A stretch of 64,000 nt of DNA from Heteronotia binoei (Eukaryota). The notes under the pieces were generated by a model. The model was not told the origin of the DNA. It worked only from the letters and a program-made list of their open reading frames with translations, and made no database searches. Both the position numbers and the translations under genes were made by a program. Shown here in pieces: positions 59,359 through 64,000 of the stretch; within the stretch, counting starts at the first letter, position 1, and every line of letters starts with the position of its first letter. Location: the NCBI RefSeq assembly GCF_032191835.1, contig NC_083239.1, positions 55,924,001 through 55,988,000 on the forward strand. Direction: 5' to 3'.

Positions 59359-61084
59359 TGGACTCTTTCATGATGAAAAATGGCAAATGCTTTAATGTAA
59401 TTTGGATTTAAAATTTTGGCTACGTACATTGTATGTTATAAAATAGTATGAGATATTCCTTCAACAGTGAGTCTAAAAAATTCTTCGTGCTGAGCAACAT
59501 ATTCTTGTAAATTTCACTGAAATTGACTTTTTTGTAGAACGAGGGTCTCCCCTGCTTCCCACTGGGGATTGGCAACCCCAGGCCTTCTTCTTGTGATACG
59601 GAACCTGAAGAACTGAGCAGTGAGTCACAAAAGTGACTCCTTCCCTGAGGCCACAAAGGTTGTCAGTCTTGAAGGTGCTGCTCGATCCTGGCTCTTTCCT
59701 GATGCTAAAAAGGTCAGGTAAAAGGTCCCCTGTGCAAGCACCAGTCGTTTCCAACTCTGGGGTGATGTTGCTTTCACAACTTTTTCAAGGCAGACTTTTT
59801 ACGGGGTGGTTTCCCATAGCCTTCCCCAGTCATTTACGCTTTCCCCCCAGCAAGCTGGGGACTCATTTTACCCACCTCGGAAGGATGGAAGGCTGAGTCA
59901 ACCTCAGCCGGCTACCTGAACCAGCTTTCGCCGGGATTGAACTCAGGTCATGAACAGAGCTTAGTGCAGGACCACAGCTTTACCACTTTGCACCACAGGG
60001 CTACAGAAAGACTAACCCGGCTCCCCATCTTGATCTCCCACAATGCCCTCTGCCTTTACGGTCCAGCCCCCCTGCAAAGAGGCCCCAGCTGGGTAGACGG
60101 GTCATAGCTTTATTGTATGTGGCCACTGGCCATTACAATATAAAATGACTGTATGAAAATTAGTTAAAAAGCAGATCTTCAGGTTAGAATTGTACACTTC
60201 CAAAATTTCATAAGTACATTGTTGGTATGTTTAAAATCATAATAACTGTGCTGGACTATAGAGCTCAATGTGGTGTATTAGGAGGAGGAGAAGAAAAAGA
60301 CGATGACATTGGATTTATATCCTGCCCTTCATATCTGCCCGTGGCGCAGAGTGTTGAAGCTGCAGTACTGCAGTCCTAAGCTCTGCTCACGACCTGAGTT
60401 TGATCCCTGGTGGAAGCTGGGTTTTCAGGTAGCCGGCTTGAGGTTGACTCAGCCTTCCATTCCTTCCGAGGTCGGGAAAATGAGTCCCCAGCTTGCTGGG
60501 GGGAAAGCGTAGATGACTGGGGAAGGCAATGGCAAACCACCCCATAAAAAAGTCTGCCGTGGAAATGTTGTGAAAGCAACGTCACCTCAGAGTCAGAAAC
60601 GACTGGTGCTGGCACAGGGGACTTGTCCTTTTCCTTCACTCTGCCATTCCTAGAGCAGCTCACAATCTCCTATATCTTCTCCCCCCACAACAGACACCAT
60701 CTGAGGTGGGTGGGGCTGAGAGAGCTCTGTAGAGAGCTCAGTAGAGGTGTGGGGAATCAAACCTGGTTCTTCCAGATAAGAGTCTGCGCACTTCACCACT
60801 ACACCACACTGGCTCTCTAGGAGCCACTTTGGATCAAACTTTTCTAGCTGCTAATGCAAGAAGCACTACGTTGCATGAGACCAAGGGGTTAACGTCTAAG
60901 TAAAAAAAATAAATAAATCAATTTTTCATTGTCAGATAAGTTGTGTACTGGGCTTAAAATTCCAGAAAGGAACCTGCTTCTTAGGTCTGAATACAAAGGG
61001 CACAACATTATATAGTGAAAGAGATCTTCCACTGCCCTTTATATTCAGACAGCAGCCTTGAACCAGCTCCATGCCGGCTGAACT

Positions 61085-61200
61085 TTCTCCCAATCAGCAC
61101 CTTCCTACTCATCCATTCATGGAACTGAGTTAATAATCAGTAAGAGCTCTGGGGCGTTTCTCTAGCTTTATAGCGTAGCGTTGGGACGGTTGTCTCCTCC
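61085..61200 (+). promoter_or_regulatory. CYP2 proximal promoter: CCAAT 61090-94, HNF1-like GTTAATAATCAG 61129-40, TATA-like TTTATAG 61167-73
   Basis: Motif order and spacing upstream of ATG 61254. Confidence 0.5.
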
Positions 61201-61253
61201 TTTGCACAACTGGAATTTCAGCAGTGAGAGGGACAAGGTCTTCAGGCTCCCAG

Positions 61254-61433
61254 ATGGACCTGCCTGGAGTGGTTTCCTTCTTCCTGGCTTTCTGCATTGC
61301 AGGCCTCCTCATCCTGCTTCTCTGGAGAAGACCCAGCAGCAGGGCTGAACTGCCCCCCGGCCCCACCCCCCTGCCTTTGGTGGGCAACTTGTTCCAAGTC
61401 AACGTTCAGAATATCATCCAGTCCTTGTTTCGG
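61254..61433 (+). CDS. CYP2: Cytochrome P450 family 2, exon 1: MDLPGVVSFFLAFCIAGLLILLLWRRPSSRAELPPGPTPLPLVGNLFQVNVQNIIQSLFR
   Basis: Signal-anchor helix, basic residues, PPGPxPLPxxGN hinge; 180 nt; CGG|GTGAG phase 0. Subfamily not assignable. Confidence 0.95.
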
Positions 61434-63450
61434 GTGAGCATCGCTTGGCTGGTGTGAGGGGCACCGTGTGTGTGTGTGTGCCCTTTTCAAGGATGGACTC
61501 CGCAGTCGAGAATGGAAGAGGAGGGTCGGCTGTCTCGTGGGTAGAGCTAGCAGTCACCTCTGATCATGTGCAGAAGACTTTCCGCTCGTGTTCTTTGGGC
61601 AGGGAGAGCTCCTTATTGGCTGGAGGGGGGGGGTGTCAGATCTTCCCTATGACACCTGCAAGATCTAGAGGAGAAAACCCACGCTGCCTTCGGTTCTCAC
61701 TTTGTAAAATCAAAATGCTGATAGCTTTGCTTCTATGGTGAGGTGAGGGGGATGAGTTGGTTGCTCTCCTGCTCTTTGAAACATTCTAATGTAGTTTAGC
61801 CACAGCTTATCATTGAAACTCTCTGTCTGGGGCCGTGATGCTCTGTATTCTGGGTGCTTTGGAGGGGCACAGTGGGAGGGCTTCTAGTGCCTTGGCCCCA
61901 CTGATGGACCTCCTGATGGCACCTGGGTTTTTGGCCACTGTGTGACACAGAGTGTTGGTCTGGATGGGCCATTGGACTGATCCAACATGGCTTCTCTTAA
62001 GTTCTTATGCTCTGCATTCTGGGTGCTTGGTAGGATTGCCATTCCCCAAGTGTAGAATAAAGACTCCAAGGAGTGCACAGTTCTAGCAGGTGCGCTTTGA
62101 CCTCTCCTGATGGATGATGATGTTGTCTGCGATGTCAAAAGCTCCTTTGCAGTACATTGACGACTCAACACATGAGACAATGTCTTTCTAATGAAGTGCA
62201 AATGACAACACATTCCCTAGGTTTAAAAAGCCGCGTTTCAGTTGTAGACCTTCGCCTGGATCAAATCAGGAATCAACACTCACAACAAGATGCACGCGAC
62301 TAGTCAGTTTCTTTATCCAGCATTAGCGGTTCTCATGCCAGTTAAAGAAACTGAGGTCCACCAGCAGGGCCAGAACTCCAGAAAAGACCTCACACTGTTG
62401 CCTCCCCACAAGCACCAAGAATACAGAGCATCACTGCCCCAAACAGAGAGCTCCATCTATAAAGGTAAAGGTAGTCTCCTGCGCAAGCACCAGTCATTTC
62501 CGACTCTGGGGTGACGTCGCATCGCAACGTTTTCATGGCAGACTTTTTATGGGGGGTTTGCCATTGCCTTCCCCAGTCCCCATCTATACCCTGTGGCTAA
62601 TAGCCACTGATGGACCTCTGCTCCATATGTATCTGATCCCCTCTTGAAGCTCGCTATGTTTGTAGCCGCCACCACCTCCTGTGGCAGTGAATTCCATGTG
62701 TTAATCACCCTTTGGGTGAAGAAGACAATTGAAAGATCCTTGACAAATTACTAATACACTTCAATTATTACTTCTAGCCAATTTGTAACTGGTTTATAAA
62801 GCATCAAGTAAACAAGTCACATAGGAAAGGAAAGATCCCCTGTGCAAGCACCAGTCGTTTCCAACTCTGGGGTGACGTCGCTTTCACATCGTTTTCACGG
62901 CAGACTTTTTACGGGGTGGTTTGCCCTTGCCTTCCCCAGTCATCTGCACTTTCCCCCAAGCAAGCTGGGTACTCATTTCACCGACCTCGGAAGGATGGAA
63001 GGCTGAGTCAGCCTCAGGCCAGCTACCTGAACCCAGCTTCCGCCGGAATTGAACTCAGGTCGTGAGCAGAGAGTTCAGACCAGAGCACTGCAGTACTGCT
63101 GCTTATAATCTTTTAAATAGCCATAAACTTCACAATAATTAGTCTTGACGATGACAAAGTGCTTGCACAATTGTGCAAAAAGTTTCAATACTGCCTTAAA
63201 GTCCACAAAATGTTTAAATCCAGTGAGCAGACATCCCAGTGCATTGGATCTGGCAACACTGACCCCCCCATCCCCTGGAGGTGGCTGTGGGGGGCGGAAC
63301 TTGGTGACTCTGGACAGCCCAATAAGAGTTAGAACTATTGATCGTTGTGGTGATGAGGGCCTTTCTGCTGGTGCGGGGAAAAGAAGTCTCATTGTGTTTC
63401 TCCAGAGATATTGTCCTACATCTTCTGCATGTTTTTGTGTCTCCTGGTAG

Positions 63451-63613
63451 CTCCAAGAGCAGTACGGTCCCGTTTTCACAATCTACACGGGCTCCCAGCC
63501 AACTGTGGTGCTTTGTGGCTATCAAGCAGTGAAGGAAGCGCTTGTGGATCATGCTGAAAATTTTAGTGGGAGGGCACCAATGCCAATTCTGGACAAGAAG
63601 TTCTCAGATTATG
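63451..63613 (+). CDS. CYP2: Cytochrome P450 family 2, exon 2: [54 protein letters not shown](G); gene continues beyond the window
   Basis: TAG acceptor, G|GTGAA donor, canonical 163-nt CYP2 exon 2 with YGPVFT, VKEAL and FSGR motifs. Confidence 0.95.
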
Positions 63614-63659
63614 GTGAATATACAAGGGGGGAAAACAGATTATTTGCAGTGCATGTGTA

Positions 63660-64000
63660 AATCAAAATTTATAGACAGCTTCAAGGGGGGATTGGATAAA
63701 AATATGGAGCAGAGGTCCATCAGTGGCTATTAGCCACAGTGTAGTATTGGAACTGTCTGGGGGCAGTGATGCTCTGTATTCTTGGTGCTTGGTGGGGGGG
63801 CAAAGTGGAAGGGCTTCTAGACCCACTTGTGAACCTCCTGATGGCACTTGAGTGTTTTGGGGGGGTTTGGCCACTGTGTGACACAGAGTGTTGGACTGGA
63901 TGGGCCATTGGCCTGAGCCAACATGGCTTCTTTTATGTTCTTAAGTCTGGGGCAGGAATGCTCTGTATTCTTGGTGCTGGGGGGCACATTGGGAGGGCTT
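63660..64000 (+). mobile_element. CR1 3' end (with start of a further tail duplication) in CYP2 intron 2
   Basis: gtgttggactggatgggcc...ttttatgttctt tail. Confidence 0.8.

Overview
Vertebrate genomic DNA from a squamate reptile, most likely a gecko judging by its repeats (Sauria, Squam3-like and Squam2-like SINEs, CR1, L2, BovB, hAT MITEs). The region corresponds to human 19q13. I reconstructed five protein-coding genes exon by exon from splice sites and reading phase. (1) The last exon of POLR1G (CD3EAP/ASE-1, +), with an expanded lysine-rich repeat. (2) A complete ERCC1 (-, 9 coding exons, 308 aa). (3) A complete CLOCK-interacting pacemaker (CIPC)-like gene (-, 3 coding exons, 424 aa). It lies in a synteny context different from human CIPC and is probably a second CIPC paralogue. 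(4) An uncharacterised 5-exon, 252-aa PH-domain gene (+), head-to-head with the CIPC-like gene across a CpG island. (5) Exons 1-2 of a CYP2-family P450 (+). The most interesting signal is a candidate circadian module. The 5' intron and promoter of the CIPC-like gene carry three perfect RTTAYGTAAY D-boxes and six CACGTG E-boxes, and it shares a bidirectional island with the PH gene. The PH gene is associated with two diverged copies of a ~330-bp element whose Otx/Crx-type homeodomain sites are conserved. The window also has about ten tandem arrays grown from SINE/CR1 segments, a self-nested MITE, a fold-back SINE, a Penelope-like inverted repeat, an inverted duplication bracketing CYP2 exon 1, and a 469-N assembly gap. 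All protein identifications are by my recall of family motifs; no database search was run.
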